64,000 bases of DNA, taken from the NCBI GenBank assembly GCA_902385625.1, contig CABMGE010000019.1, positions 1,831 through 65,830 on the forward strand, read 5' to 3'. Under the pieces are notes generated by a model. The model made no database searches, was not told where the DNA came from, and saw only the letters and a program-made list of their open reading frames with translations. How positions within the stretch are numbered: the first letter of the stretch is position 1; every line of letters begins with the position of its first letter. A program made the position numbers and the translations under genes. Source of the stretch: an uncultured archaeon (GTDB lineage: Archaea; Nanobdellota; Nanobdellia; Pacearchaeales; GW2011-AR1). Of this stretch, positions 1 to 11,200 are shown in pieces.

Positions 1-62
1 TTCACTAAAAATTGTTCTGAGTCAAATTTACTTCGAGAAAAAACTCAAATATTTACTAAAGA

Positions 63-899
63 CTATCCTTTCCAGTTAGTATCTTTAAAACTTCCAAGGA
101 TCCTAATAGTATCATTATGTTTAAATTCAGGATCTAAAGAAAATCTTATTGCATCAATAGACTTTTGTATTTTAGGTTCTTGTTCATGACCATTGAGTTC
201 AACATAAAAATAATATCCATTTTTTCCATCAGGTCTTGATTGAATGGATTCAAGATTTATTCCAAATCCAGCAAAAAAACTAAGAATATTATTGAGAATT
301 CCAGGCCTATCCCGATAAGGAGGATGAATAACTAAAAAAGTTTTATCCTTGCCAGTTGCTAAAGGAGAGTCTCTTCCAAGAACCGCAAACCTTGTTTTAT
401 TATTAGGACATATGTCAGAGTCAAGTATCTCAAGTCCAAACTCTTTTAAAGATTTTTCAGAAGCTATTGCAGCACTATCCAAAATATTTCCTTCGCGAAT
501 CTTACTTGCTGCTTCAGAAGTACTTGAAACTGCAATTGTTTGAGAATTTGGATAGAATTTGAGCAGATATTTGCCTGACTGTTCAAGAGCCTGATCTTTT
601 GAAAAAATATTTTTAATATCTCCATGACCTTTCAAAGCCCCGATACAATGAATAATTTCAAGGGAACTTTCCTGAACTATCCTTGTTTTACTGCACTCAA
701 TTAAAGAGTCAAAAGTTTCGCGAACTTCTCCATTATAAAAATTTTCCAGAGGAACAACACCATAATCAACTTTTCCTTCTTCAACAGCAATTACAACACT
801 TCTTATTGAATTTAAAGAAACAAGTTCTTTATCTGGAAATAAATTTCTTGCTACCTCTCCAGTATAAGTTCCTTTTGGACCAAGATATGCAATTTTCAT
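63..899 (-). CDS. pheA: Prephenate dehydratase (PDT + ACT domain)
   Basis: N-terminal IAYLGPKGTYT, GVVPLEN, the conserved N-x-TRF motif (NNKTRFAVL) and an ACT domain DRPGIL...INLESIQSRP. Confidence 0.93.
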   Translation of the reverse strand: MKIAYLGPKGTYTGEVARNLFPDKELVSLNSIRSVVIAVEEGKVDYGVVPLENFYNGEVRETFDSLIECSKTRIVQESSLEIIHCIGALKGHGDIKNIFSKDQALEQSGKYLLKFYPNSQTIAVSSTSEAASKIREGNILDSAAIASEKSLKEFGLEILDSDICPNNKTRFAVLGRDSPLATGKDKTFLVIHPPYRDRPGILNNILSFFAGFGINLESIQSRPDGKNGYYFYVELNGHEQEPKIQKSIDAIRFSLDPEFKHNDTIRILGSFKDTNWKG

Positions 900-1024
900 T
901 TTTATTATTATAAAATAATATTTTTAAATTTTGTTTTAGTTTATATAAAATAATTTTTAGACAGATTTACCTTGTATAAAAATTACATGCTATATCTAAT
1001 TTTGCCTGTCAAAAAATTAAATTT

Positions 1025-1900
1025 TTAGAGCCTGAGTCTTCCATCCTGCCAGTCTCGGATAATAAGGGTATTTGCACGATTTTCATCTGGAACACCGCCT
1101 TTAAGTAAAAAACTTCTTTTGATTGCAATTTTTTCAATTATTGAATAAGTATCGCTTTCTTCTTCATCGCCAATATCAATTTCATAAAAATCTTCAAACT
1201 TTCTCTTGTTCTGTTTTAAAAATAGTTTAATAATTGCATGACTTACAACTTCAGGATGTTTTAAGGATTCATTATCTCTTGCACCAATAAGTCCATATCT
1301 AACTTCGTCATCACGATTTAAAGGAATAACTCCAGGACTATCTATTAGTTTAATATCATCCCCGAGATTAATCCAGTGAATTCCATGGGTTGTTCCTGCT
1401 TTTTTACTGACTTTCATTTTTTTCTTATGTGTAAGTCCATTAATAATTGAGGATTTTCCAACATTAGGATATCCCAAAACTCCAACAACAATATCAGCTT
1501 TTGCTTCTCTAAATTTTACTTTCGGGTCTCCCACTTTTCTTTCAATAATCTCTCGTTTTCCAAACTCAGAAAACACTTTCTTTATTTCACTAAGAAGTAT
1601 TTTATAAGACATTTTATTTCTATTAGAAACAAAAATAACAGGAGCTTTTCCAAGAAGAGGTTTAATTTGCTCGCCTAGTTTATCGCGATTTACAAGGTCG
1701 CTCTTGTTTACAACAAAAATAAAAGGCCTTCCAATTTCCTCAATTAATTTTTCAAGCTCTTCATTTCTTGAAAGTTCAACTAGTCTTGCATCAATTACTT
1801 CAAGAACCAGATCAGACTCAGTAATAATCCTTTTAATAAGATCCCAATAAGGTTCTATATTAGTATCTCTTGGTTGCCTTTTTCTAATAAATTGTTGCAT
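1025..1900 (-). CDS. Circularly permuted GTPase, YlqF/RbgA family (large-subunit assembly)
   Basis: G4 NKSD precedes G1 GYPNVGKSS, then G2 T and G3 DSPG; EVIDAR motif. Confidence 0.9.
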   Translation of the reverse strand: MQQFIRKRQPRDTNIEPYWDLIKRIITESDLVLEVIDARLVELSRNEELEKLIEEIGRPFIFVVNKSDLVNRDKLGEQIKPLLGKAPVIFVSNRNKMSYKILLSEIKKVFSEFGKREIIERKVGDPKVKFREAKADIVVGVLGYPNVGKSSIINGLTHKKKMKVSKKAGTTHGIHWINLGDDIKLIDSPGVIPLNRDDEVRYGLIGARDNESLKHPEVVSHAIIKLFLKQNKRKFEDFYEIDIGDEEESDTYSIIEKIAIKRSFLLKGGVPDENRANTLIIRDWQDGRLRL

Positions 1901-2005
1901 TTTTCTTGTTTTTATTTAATTTAAAGTTGAATTACCTTGAAATGTCTAGATATAAAATCTGATAATATTATAAAAAACTAGACTTAAATAGTTTTGTAAT
2001 AGCAC

Positions 2006-2031
2006 TAGTCGAATTCACTTCGAATAAAATA
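2006..2031 (+). repeat. Dispersed intergenic repeat, copy (26 bp)
   Basis: TAGTCGAATTCACTTCGAATAAAATA; exact reverse complement of 4692-4717. Confidence 0.9.
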
Positions 2032-2074
2032 GCTATCGTGACTATTTTATACGAAAGTATAAAATGTACAAATA

Positions 2075-2506
2075 TTATTTAAAATTATTATAATCTTCAA
2101 CTATATCTGCAAATAATCCTGTTGCTTCATTCATTTCCCTTGAACTGACTGTTCTATCTGCATACATCATCGCATTCATTAGGCTGCAAAATCTTTCTTC
2201 TTTATCTTTTCCTTCTTTTTTAAACATTGTTTCAAGTTCCAGGTAGGTCTTATTTGAGTTGATATTGAATTTTTCCCTGAAAAACTCCTTTGCTATATCA
2301 TTAAGTGATTTTACTGAATCTTCGCTTGCAGGTGTTTTTTTTATATTTTTTATTTCTCTTTCATAAAACTCTATTCTGCTTTTTTCTAACTGGATTTTTT
2401 CATCAAGTCTTCTATTTATGTTTAGAAGTACAGAGATTATTACAATTAGGATTACTATTACTAGTAGAATTGATATGATATTTAGGATTAACATGTTGAC
2501 TTCCAC
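2075..2506 (-). CDS. Hypothetical protein with N-terminal transmembrane anchor and coiled coil
   Basis: 143-aa ORF, hydrophobic residues ~5-28 followed by a charged helical region. Confidence 0.6.
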   Translation of the reverse strand: MEVNMLILNIISILLVIVILIVIISVLLNINRRLDEKIQLEKSRIEFYEREIKNIKKTPASEDSVKSLNDIAKEFFREKFNINSNKTYLELETMFKKEGKDKEERFCSLMNAMMYADRTVSSREMNEATGLFADIVEDYNNFK

Positions 2507-2578
2507 TCTTTTAATAAACTAAAGGAATCTGAGTTTTAAAAACCTATCTTTAAAGGCATTATCAAATAGTCCTGATTT

Positions 2579-3091
2579 TTAGTATTCCCTATAGTTTTTT
2601 TCAATATAATACCTTATTGGAAGAAGCATTCCAATTAAAAATGAAGTCCAACCAATCAAACTTAGAGTTATTAGTAATAGATTCCATAGGAAAAAAGAAA
2701 TTATAAGCATTCCTGCCCACATGGTTATTCCTGAAAGGAATAATATTATCCAGGCCATTTTGTCTTTTCTCTTAATTATGAAATATGACAAAAATATAAT
2801 TGTCAATCCATTGGAAATTAATAGTAATCCTACCAGTGCATTAAACAGATAGAAGATCTGTGCAATATTTGCATTGTATTTTGTGAAAAATCCCCATAGC
2901 TGAGTTATTGAGTTAAAAGTCAACTTCATGTTTAACTTCATAAAGATAAGAAAGAATAATCCAACTAAGGAAGCATAGACCCCATTATATAGAGTTAGCC
3001 TTGCTCCTTGTTTTACTCTCTGAATATTCATAATTTTATAAGAATACACTTGTTTAAAAAATCTTTTATCTTGCAACATATGTTTATACAC
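2579..3091 (-). CDS. Hypothetical multi-pass membrane protein
   Basis: About 4 hydrophobic segments; co-oriented with the neighbouring genes. Confidence 0.6.
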   Translation of the reverse strand: MYKHMLQDKRFFKQVYSYKIMNIQRVKQGARLTLYNGVYASLVGLFFLIFMKLNMKLTFNSITQLWGFFTKYNANIAQIFYLFNALVGLLLISNGLTIIFLSYFIIKRKDKMAWIILFLSGITMWAGMLIISFFLWNLLLITLSLIGWTSFLIGMLLPIRYYIEKNYREY

Positions 3092-3113
3092 TGTATAAAC
3101 TGGTTGTGGATTG

Positions 3114-4298
3114 CTATTTTTTTATAACTCGGTAAAGCTCATCACCTTTTCTGCAAAGAGGCAATTTAATACCAATTATCTCTCCTTTTTTTGCCTCGCT
3201 TATTTTTTTATGTTCAATTTCCATTGTTTCTACAACTGATCTTACTACTCCTGTTGTTTTTCCAAGTATTATAATTTCATCTCCGGTTTTTAATTTTCCC
3301 GTGTTAATTTTTAACAGGCCAACTTCTATTTTTGGATAGTAATGAATTATCTTTCCAATAAATTCTTTTGTTCTTGTTGCAGAACTATTTTCTGTTTTTG
3401 AAAAATCATCTTTTGTCGGAGATTTTATAAAAAAACCTGAAGAAAATCCCTTATTATATGCTTTATTTAATTCTTCAAAACTTTCTTCTATTTCTTTTTT
3501 GTTTAATTTTTTATCCAGTGCTTTTCTATAGATCCTTACGATCGTATCAACATATTCAGGTTCTCTGTTTCTTCCTTCTATTTTAAACGCAACTGCCCCT
3601 GATTTTTTCAATTTTTCAAAAAAAGGAAGGGTGCACAGGTCTTTTGCTGAAAAAATATAATGATTTTCTATTTTTAACTCGTTTCCTTCACTGTCTTTTA
3701 CAGTGTAGGCTCTTCTGCAAGGATGAATGCAAGCTCCTCTGTTTGCTGATTCATTAAATAAAAACTGGGAGGTAAAACATCTTCCTGATTCTGAGACACA
3801 CATTGCACCATGTATAAATATTTCAATCGGAATTATTTTGGATATTTTTTTAATCTGATTTAAATTTAATTCTCTTGCAAGAACTATTCTTTCTGCTCCG
3901 AGCTTTTTGTAAAATCTGGCTGTCTCTGAATTTGAAATAGAAACCTGGGTTGAAACATGAAATGGCAGCTTGTGCTTTTTACATAAAAGCATAACAGAGA
4001 TATCTGAACATATTACTGCATTTACAAAAGGTTTTACTTTTTTTATTATTTTTTCAACACTTTTTAATTCGCTATCATAAATTATTGTATTTAATGTTAG
4101 GTATCTTTTAATTTTCTTATTTTTTTGTTCACAAATCTTTTTTATTTTTGGCAAGTCAGAGATCTTAAAGTTTTTCGCCCTTGCACGCATATTAAAATCC
4201 TGGAGTCCAAAATAAACTGCATCACATCCTGCATTTATAGCTGCTACTAAGCATTCAAAATCTCCTGCAGGAGCTAAAAGTTCAAATTTGGATTTCAT
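3114..4298 (-). CDS. Peptidase U32 family Fe-S protein (TrhP/RlhA-like RNA hydroxylase family)
   Basis: ELLAPAG, DAVYFG, HGAMC-x6-C...NRGAC-x3-CR Fe-S cysteines, FKIEGR, C-terminal beta-barrel. Confidence 0.88.
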   Translation of the reverse strand: MKSKFELLAPAGDFECLVAAINAGCDAVYFGLQDFNMRARAKNFKISDLPKIKKICEQKNKKIKRYLTLNTIIYDSELKSVEKIIKKVKPFVNAVICSDISVMLLCKKHKLPFHVSTQVSISNSETARFYKKLGAERIVLARELNLNQIKKISKIIPIEIFIHGAMCVSESGRCFTSQFLFNESANRGACIHPCRRAYTVKDSEGNELKIENHYIFSAKDLCTLPFFEKLKKSGAVAFKIEGRNREPEYVDTIVRIYRKALDKKLNKKEIEESFEELNKAYNKGFSSGFFIKSPTKDDFSKTENSSATRTKEFIGKIIHYYPKIEVGLLKINTGKLKTGDEIIILGKTTGVVRSVVETMEIEHKKISEAKKGEIIGIKLPLCRKGDELYRVIKK

Positions 4299-4338
4299 AA
4301 AAATAATAAAGAAAAACAGTTTTTAAGATGTTTGGTTT

Positions 4339-4629
4339 CTATTTAGACTCAACTCTTTCATCCAAAGGTCTTATACTCGATATTCTGTTTATCGGAATAG
4401 TTTTTCTTCCAAAAAGCCTTAGATAACAAGGATCATAGTTGTTACCTATTTTTATTTTGTCATCATCTGACTCTATAAAATAAGCAACTTTTGAGTATGT
4501 TTCAGTTTTTAAAAAGTTTCCACCAAAAGGGTTTAAACTTAGTCTTTCACTGGTTATTTCTACCATATCCCATCTTCTGAGTCTTTCAATTTGCGCGTCT
4601 ACTTCATTTGCTTTATATGGAACTAACAT
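4339..4629 (-). CDS. Hypothetical protein
   Basis: 96-aa ORF with a TATA-like TTTAAAAC upstream. Confidence 0.5.
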   Translation of the reverse strand: MLVPYKANEVDAQIERLRRWDMVEITSERLSLNPFGGNFLKTETYSKVAYFIESDDDKIKIGNNYDPCYLRLFGRKTIPINRISSIRPLDERVESK

Positions 4630-4691
4630 AAATTTTACAAATATATTGGTGTTTTAAACTTTATGGTAATCAGGGATTAGTCAAATGTATA

Positions 4692-4717
4692 TATTTTATT
4701 CGAAGTGAATTCGACTA
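4692..4717 (-). repeat. Dispersed intergenic repeat, inverted copy
   Basis: TATTTTATTCGAAGTGAATTCGACTA. Confidence 0.9.
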
Positions 4718-4801
4718 AAAGGCCATCTAGCGAAGCTAGATTAACTCGTTACTATATACTAAATTTAGGGCAGTATTCTACTTTCTTGCGAAGCAATTAC
4801 C

Positions 4802-5719
4802 TTAAATAGAAATTCTTATAACACTGATCAAAAATTGTCTTAATATAAAAAGTACAAGAGTTGCGATTATTAAAATAAAAGAAAGGTTTACAGCCCCAAG
4901 TTTAGTGGTCAATGGAATTATTTCATTAAATGACTGTCCCATTTTTTCTTTTGAATTAACTGCAAAAAATTTGCCGCCAGTACTATAAGCAAGGCTCTTT
5001 AAAGTATCTTCATCAACTTTTGAAATTCCAAAACCAGTGCTTCCACCCTCAACAGTTCCCATGGCAATTGTATGAATAGTAATTCCTTTTTTAAGAGCAT
5101 CTTGTATAACTTCGTCAAGGTTACCTATATTTATCTGACCATCACTAAGCAGTATCACTGCTTTATTATCTTCATTTTTAAGTAAAAAAGATGATGTTGA
5201 AAGAGCTTCATAAAGATCAGTTCCACCAGTAGTCGTAAGCTCAATTTTATTAAGTGCAGTTTTTATTATTTGTTTATTATCTGTAACTTCCTGTTCAACA
5301 TAACTATTTCCTGAAAAAGAAATAACTCCTGCTCGAGAACCCTCTGGAAGCAGGTTAATAAAATTAGTTGCAGTGTCTTTTGCAGCAGAAATTCTGCTTG
5401 GAAGAATATCTGTTGCACCCATACTTTCCGAGGAATCAACTGCAATAACAAAAGAAAAAGAACTAACTGTCATTTCTTTATAGAGTGTAAGACCTGATAG
5501 TGAAAAAATAAGTGCTACAACAATGATGATATCAAGGATTAAAACATTTATATTTTTGGAATAAAGATCTATTCCCTTAACTCTTGCTATTGCCTCATAA
5601 TTTGCAAATTTTACTGATCTGCCTCCAACATTTTTTATATTATAAAAATAAAAAAATATCAAAAAAGGTATTGAAAAAAGAAGATAAAGATATTCAGGGT
5701 AAGTAAAATTAAAGTACAT
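4802..5719 (-). CDS. vWA domain membrane protein (BatA-like)
   Basis: BatA-like N-terminal TM segment, MIDAS DSSESM, TDLYEAL, LLSDG, C-terminal TM. Confidence 0.88.
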   Translation of the reverse strand: MYFNFTYPEYLYLLFSIPFLIFFYFYNIKNVGGRSVKFANYEAIARVKGIDLYSKNINVLILDIIIVVALIFSLSGLTLYKEMTVSSFSFVIAVDSSESMGATDILPSRISAAKDTATNFINLLPEGSRAGVISFSGNSYVEQEVTDNKQIIKTALNKIELTTTGGTDLYEALSTSSFLLKNEDNKAVILLSDGQINIGNLDEVIQDALKKGITIHTIAMGTVEGGSTGFGISKVDEDTLKSLAYSTGGKFFAVNSKEKMGQSFNEIIPLTTKLGAVNLSFILIIATLVLFILRQFLISVIRISI

Positions 5720-6607
5720 TTAATCCCTCCTGTCAACCCTGCCCTTTAAAAAAGTGGCAAGATTAAATGCAAATTCATCTTTTGTGTTTAATTCAAGAAG
5801 ATCTATATTTGAATTTATCATAAGATTTTTTACTGCATTTATCTGATTTTGGGAATTCATTTCATAGACTTTCCTTGCAATTTTGGGATTTACAATAAGT
5901 TCTTCTCCAGTTCCAGGATCTTTTATAACAATTTCCTTATTAATATCAGGCAAGGTAAGATCCAATGGATCTCTAACCATTATAGCAATAGTTTCAAAAA
6001 CATTTCCAAGTTCTTCAAATCTTTTTGAAGAAGATGCATCAAGCCTTATAAAATCTGAAATCAAAACCACAAGGGAAATAGAAGGATCAAGTCTTTCAAG
6101 AATACTTTCAAGACATCCTCCCAAATCAGAAACTCCTCCGTAAGTTTCAGAATTCTCAAGATTGTATACAAAAATATCAAATTGTTTTTTACCAGGAGTT
6201 GGAGGGCTTATATTTACAATATGGCTATTAAAAAGAATAAAACCTACCTTATCTCCTGCATTAATAAGAACATGTGCAAATGCAGCAGCAAGTTCAGCAG
6301 AATACTCGCATTTTAATTTTTCCTGCGAACCAAATATCATATTATCAGAAACATCAATGATAAAAACTATTTTCATATCTCGCTCTTCAACATACTGCCG
6401 GGTTAAAAGAGTATTTGATCTTACACTGGCCTTCCAGTCAATAGCAGTTGCATCTTCATCACCGCCAAAATTTCTATAACTGTCAAATTCAAGTCCCTTG
6501 CCCCTTAAAAGAAGTTTATAAAATATTCTCTTTGGAAGAACTTTATTTATTAAAGCTTCAAATTCAGCAATGCTTTTCGGAATATCAACATTTAATCTTC
6601 CTGCCAT
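5720..6607 (-). CDS. DUF58 family protein (MoxR operon partner)
   Basis: GKGLEFDSYRNF, IDWKAS, YVEERD, IDVSDNM; lies between moxR and the vWA gene. Confidence 0.9.
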   Translation of the reverse strand: MAGRLNVDIPKSIAEFEALINKVLPKRIFYKLLLRGKGLEFDSYRNFGGDEDATAIDWKASVRSNTLLTRQYVEERDMKIVFIIDVSDNMIFGSQEKLKCEYSAELAAAFAHVLINAGDKVGFILFNSHIVNISPPTPGKKQFDIFVYNLENSETYGGVSDLGGCLESILERLDPSISLVVLISDFIRLDASSSKRFEELGNVFETIAIMVRDPLDLTLPDINKEIVIKDPGTGEELIVNPKIARKVYEMNSQNQINAVKNLMINSNIDLLELNTKDEFAFNLATFLKGRVDRRD

Positions 6608-6706
6608 TCTCTTTTATTCAATTGAATTTATCATGTTTATTTATACTTCTTTGAATTTTGATTCACTTCAAGATTCAAGCGCTTTTCTTATTTTGCGAAG
6701 CAATTT

Positions 6707-8140
6707 TTATACTTTAACTTCCTCAATAAGGGATTTAATTACATCTTCAACACTAACCCCTCTGATAGTTGCCTTATAGGTCAGAATTATTCTATGCCTT
6801 AAAACATCAAATAAAACTTCTTTTACATCTTCAGGAAGAACAAAGCTTCTTCCTTCGCTAAGAGCTCTTGCTTTTGAAGCAATAAAAAGGGCAATAGAAG
6901 CTCTAGGAGAAGCCCCATATGCAATACAATCAGAATACTTAAAATTTTTATCTCTTGTTTTCTTGACAATTCCAATTATATAAGATTTTATATGATCACT
7001 AAGATAAATTTTTTTAACAAGTTTTTGCATCTCGATAATATCTTGAGGAGTTATAACCGACTTTATATGAAAATCCTCAAACCTGTTAAGAGTTGCATTA
7101 TCTTCCATAATTTTCCTTTCTTCATCTTCATTAGGATATTCCATTATAAGATTAAATAAGAACCTGTCCATCTGTGCCTCAGGAAGAGAATAAACTCCTG
7201 TGCTCTCAAGTGGGTTTTTTGTGGCCATTACAAAAAAAGGATTTGGCAAAGGAAAGTTAGTCTTTCCAATTGTTACCTGCTTCTCCTGCATCGCTTCAAT
7301 TAATGCAGACTGTGTTTTTGGAGGACTTCTGTTTATCTCATCAGCAATAAGAAAATTTGCAAATATTGGTCCTTTGACTATTTCAAAACCTTTTTGAGGA
7401 GTATAAGAAGTTATTCCAATGATATCTGTAGGAAGAAGATCTACAGTAAACTGGATTCTCTTTACAGCACACCCGCTTGCCTCTCCAAGAGCTCTGATAG
7501 TAAGAGTTTTTGCAATTCCTGGAACTCCTTCAAGAAGTACATGCCCATTGCAAATAAGCCCTCTTATAAGCCCATTTATAACTTTTTCCTGTCCAACTAT
7601 TACTCTTGCCATTTCTCTTTTTAATTTATGTATCATATCTGCAAATTTTTTAATGTCTGGATTTATATCCTGCACTTCCTGGCTTATTTTAAAGTCTTCA
7701 GGATGAATATCTTCAGAGTGCTCCGCAGGTTTTTCATTAAAAGTTTTCTTTTCAGGACTCTTTAAATCTTTATCGAATTTTTTTGTAATTAAACCTTTTT
7801 TTAAACGTTGAGACTGAATTTTTATAGAGGTTTCAAGTTTAACAGGAGTTTTTAAAATTTTTTCAGGAGCCCTTAAAACAAGATCAGGTTTAGCCTCTTT
7901 TTGAATATCCTTTTTTATAACGGGTAATTGTTTTTTAGGAGAATCATCTTGAATCTTGGCATTTATATTTAGTTCACTTGGAATTTTCTTTACCTCACTT
8001 CCAGGACCGCCGTCCATTTTAAGTTCAATATAAGGTTTTCCCTTGACTGAAAAAAGTCCTTGTTTATAACTATTCTCAAGAATCTTAAGTCTTCTCACCA
8101 ACTCTTTTTCATCTTCACTTATTTTTTTATGATCGAGCAT
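6707..8140 (-). CDS. MoxR-family AAA+ ATPase with long N-terminal extension
   Basis: LLEGVPGIAKT, RIQFTVDLLPTD, ADEINRSPPKTQSALIEAMQE, GASPRA. Start moved to ATG 8140, which follows a GAGGTG SD; the track's 8146 start lies inside that SD. Confidence 0.92.
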   Translation of the reverse strand: MLDHKKISEDEKELVRRLKILENSYKQGLFSVKGKPYIELKMDGGPGSEVKKIPSELNINAKIQDDSPKKQLPVIKKDIQKEAKPDLVLRAPEKILKTPVKLETSIKIQSQRLKKGLITKKFDKDLKSPEKKTFNEKPAEHSEDIHPEDFKISQEVQDINPDIKKFADMIHKLKREMARVIVGQEKVINGLIRGLICNGHVLLEGVPGIAKTLTIRALGEASGCAVKRIQFTVDLLPTDIIGITSYTPQKGFEIVKGPIFANFLIADEINRSPPKTQSALIEAMQEKQVTIGKTNFPLPNPFFVMATKNPLESTGVYSLPEAQMDRFLFNLIMEYPNEDEERKIMEDNATLNRFEDFHIKSVITPQDIIEMQKLVKKIYLSDHIKSYIIGIVKKTRDKNFKYSDCIAYGASPRASIALFIASKARALSEGRSFVLPEDVKEVLFDVLRHRIILTYKATIRGVSVEDVIKSLIEEVKV

Positions 8141-8210
8141 TTTCACCTCTCTATTAATTTAACAAAAAATACTTAAATTCAAAAAGAATTTTTTATTATT
8201 AAAGCTTTCC

Positions 8211-11200
8211 CTAACTGTAAAACTTTAAAGAGGCCTCCCTTATCCTTCTTCTTCTCATATAATAATAGACAAGACCTAGTAAAAACGCTACAATACAAGC
8301 AGCAAAGAAATAATAGTTATTAAAACCCTTTTTTAAAGGAGATTCTGGTCTTGGTAAAGAAACCTGCGAAACATGGTCTTTACAAGCATTAACAACTTCT
8401 TCAGCCTTGAGTCTTGCATTTAAATAATCACCATCTTCAAAATACGATTTTGCCTGATCAACCTCTTCTTTTAATTCCAGGCAATTTGGATTTTGAACTA
8501 TAAATTCTTCTGTAAATAAAATATATTTTTTAATATCACTATCATTTATTCTTTGTAAATTAACATAAATCTTAGCCCAGTCACTGTAAGCAGGCCTGTC
8601 TGAACTTGCATTTAATAATATTTCATAATTTCCAGTTTTATTTGAATTTATCATAAAGGTAAGTGTAAATTGTTCTTTTTTCCCAATATCAAGAGAATCA
8701 AAACTATCGCGGTCAAGCGAAGTTTGAACAACCTGATCTGCTTTTCCATCTTTAAATCCAATACTAGAAATTTTAATTCCATGCAAACTTGTTTTACCAT
8801 TATTAGCAAGAGTAATTGGAACTGATACCTTTTGCTTTTGATATGCAGAAACAATTCCAGGAGTTATTATTTTAAGAATAATCGGAGTTCCTCCACCCCC
8901 ACCTCCACCACCTCCACTTTGTGGAACAGGAACAAGAACTGTTGAAAAACTAAGGTTTATTCCAAAGGAATTACTTGTTACATTTCTTATTATTTGTGAT
9001 GAATTAGACTGATTATATTCATAACCTGTAACAGTATAAGTTGAAGAGGCATCGCTCGCTGAAGAAAAAGTCATTGTAGGAATTGTGCCGTTTAACCAAT
9101 TAACAATCTCAACAGTAATTGGACTTCCACTTGAACTTATCAAATTATAGCCAAACCTTACTGGCTGATTATAGAATGAATCAGAAGCATCAATATCTGA
9201 AAAGAAATCAGATAAAATTATTGTCTGAGGAGAACCCCCGCTGATTATTGCCTTTGATCCCCCAATATTACTAAAAAAAGTCAAGGGATAATCAGTGTGA
9301 TTTATATTAAGTTCAAAATCAACTGTTAAATTCATATCAGTTGCATTTTCTAAAAGATTATCGGATGGATAAGCAATTAGTGTTAAATTCTTAGTGCTAT
9401 AAGTCTCGTTCATAAAATCAGGATTAAAATTAATTGTCAGATTAGAACTATTTCCATAAAAACTTCTATTATAAAGAACAGTATTTGATGCATTATTAAG
9501 AGTCTGATTTTTTATAAGAATCAAATAAGTTAAATTATTTGCCATGCTATGATTAACCTTAAACGTTATATTATAACTAACATTCTCAAAGAAATTAAAC
9601 TTAAAAGAACTTGGAGGAGAAATTAAAGAAGGAAAGTCATATACATAAATCCAAAAAGTCTTTGAATCAATCCGATTAGTTGAATCATTTACACTTATAT
9701 TTATTCTATAAGATCCTCCCTGAAGACTATTAAAAGTAATATTAAGTTCTCCCGTAGTAGTATTAAAAATACTCTGATTATTATTTATAAAATCAGAGCC
9801 ATTGAGAAAATTATACCTAAAAAGAAAGTTTGTATTTCCAGGAGTTCCAGAATTTCCATCTTCAACATCTGTTGCATTTATCATATAATAAATGCTTCTA
9901 TCTACTGCAGTTGTAATATTTGTTAAGTTCATAATAACAGGAACATGTGCTATCTCGCTTACAGTAAGATTAAATCCTATTGAACTTGAAAGTCCCGAAT
10001 TATCAACTGCAGTTATAGTTATATTATAACTTCCAATATCAGCCTTTCTTGGAGTAAAAGAAGCATAAAACTTAGACCGATTGTTTCCAGGAGTAGGAAA
10101 AGAATTATCTCTTACAAAATTAAAAAGAGTTGTATTTGCTCCTTGAATTAAAAGATTTATATTCACTCGTTCATCATAAAATATTTTTTGTCCAGAAGGT
10201 ATGGCTAAATCAGAATCCTGAATCCATAAATTAACCATAATAGGATCATCTTCAACAGTGTTGATATTTGAATTAGAGTCAACAATAGCATTAATTACAT
10301 CTGACTGCTGAATCGGTCTTTCAATATAGGGAGTTTCATTCACATTATAAACTGTAAAATTAAATGTTCTGAGAACAGAATAATAAGGATCTTTTGCAGT
10401 AATTGTTACAAGATGTTGGCCAACATCAGTGTCAAGTGGAGTAAAACTAACAACTCCTGTAGAAGCTCCAATGCTAAAAGAAGGAAATGAAGTATCACTG
10501 CTATAACTAAAATTAATCTGATTTCCATCAGGAGAAGTTACATTCATGGAAAAATTAAAATAAGCAGCAATATGCTCATGAAGAATAATATTTGTATTAA
10601 CATCAGTCCAGTTCGGAGGACGATTATTAAGAATTGAAATATTAAATAACCTTGAATCGCTAATTCCTCTTCGGTCTGTTGCGCTTAAATTTATTGTAAA
10701 ATTCCCATATGAAGTCATGTTTGGAGTAAATAAAATTAAAGCAGTTGTCAGATTTGATCCTAAAACAGGCATATTAGTTATCCGTACTGAAAGATTATAA
10801 AATCCATTTATAGTGAGATTTTGATTTAAGTTTGACTGATTAAATATTCCTGCACTAAAATTTAAAGTCTCATTATAGCCTCCAGCAATCATATTTTTAT
10901 CTGGAATTAACATATCATCATCATAAACATTTACAGGAATCGAAATTGAAGAGTTTATTGAAGTGGTCTGATTTGAAATAGGAGAAATTATTGGAGCAAA
11001 GTTAATTGTTTTATTAACATACACATTAATTGGAATCATAAGGCTCTGGCTAAAATTAATATCCCATAGAGTAAAATTAATTGTCCAATTTCCAACTTCA
11101 GTTACCTGGGGAGTAGTGTTTATCATAATACTGGTACTGTAATTAACAGAAGTTGACTGGTTAAAATAATAAAACCAGCTTGAATTAGCAACAGTTGCAG

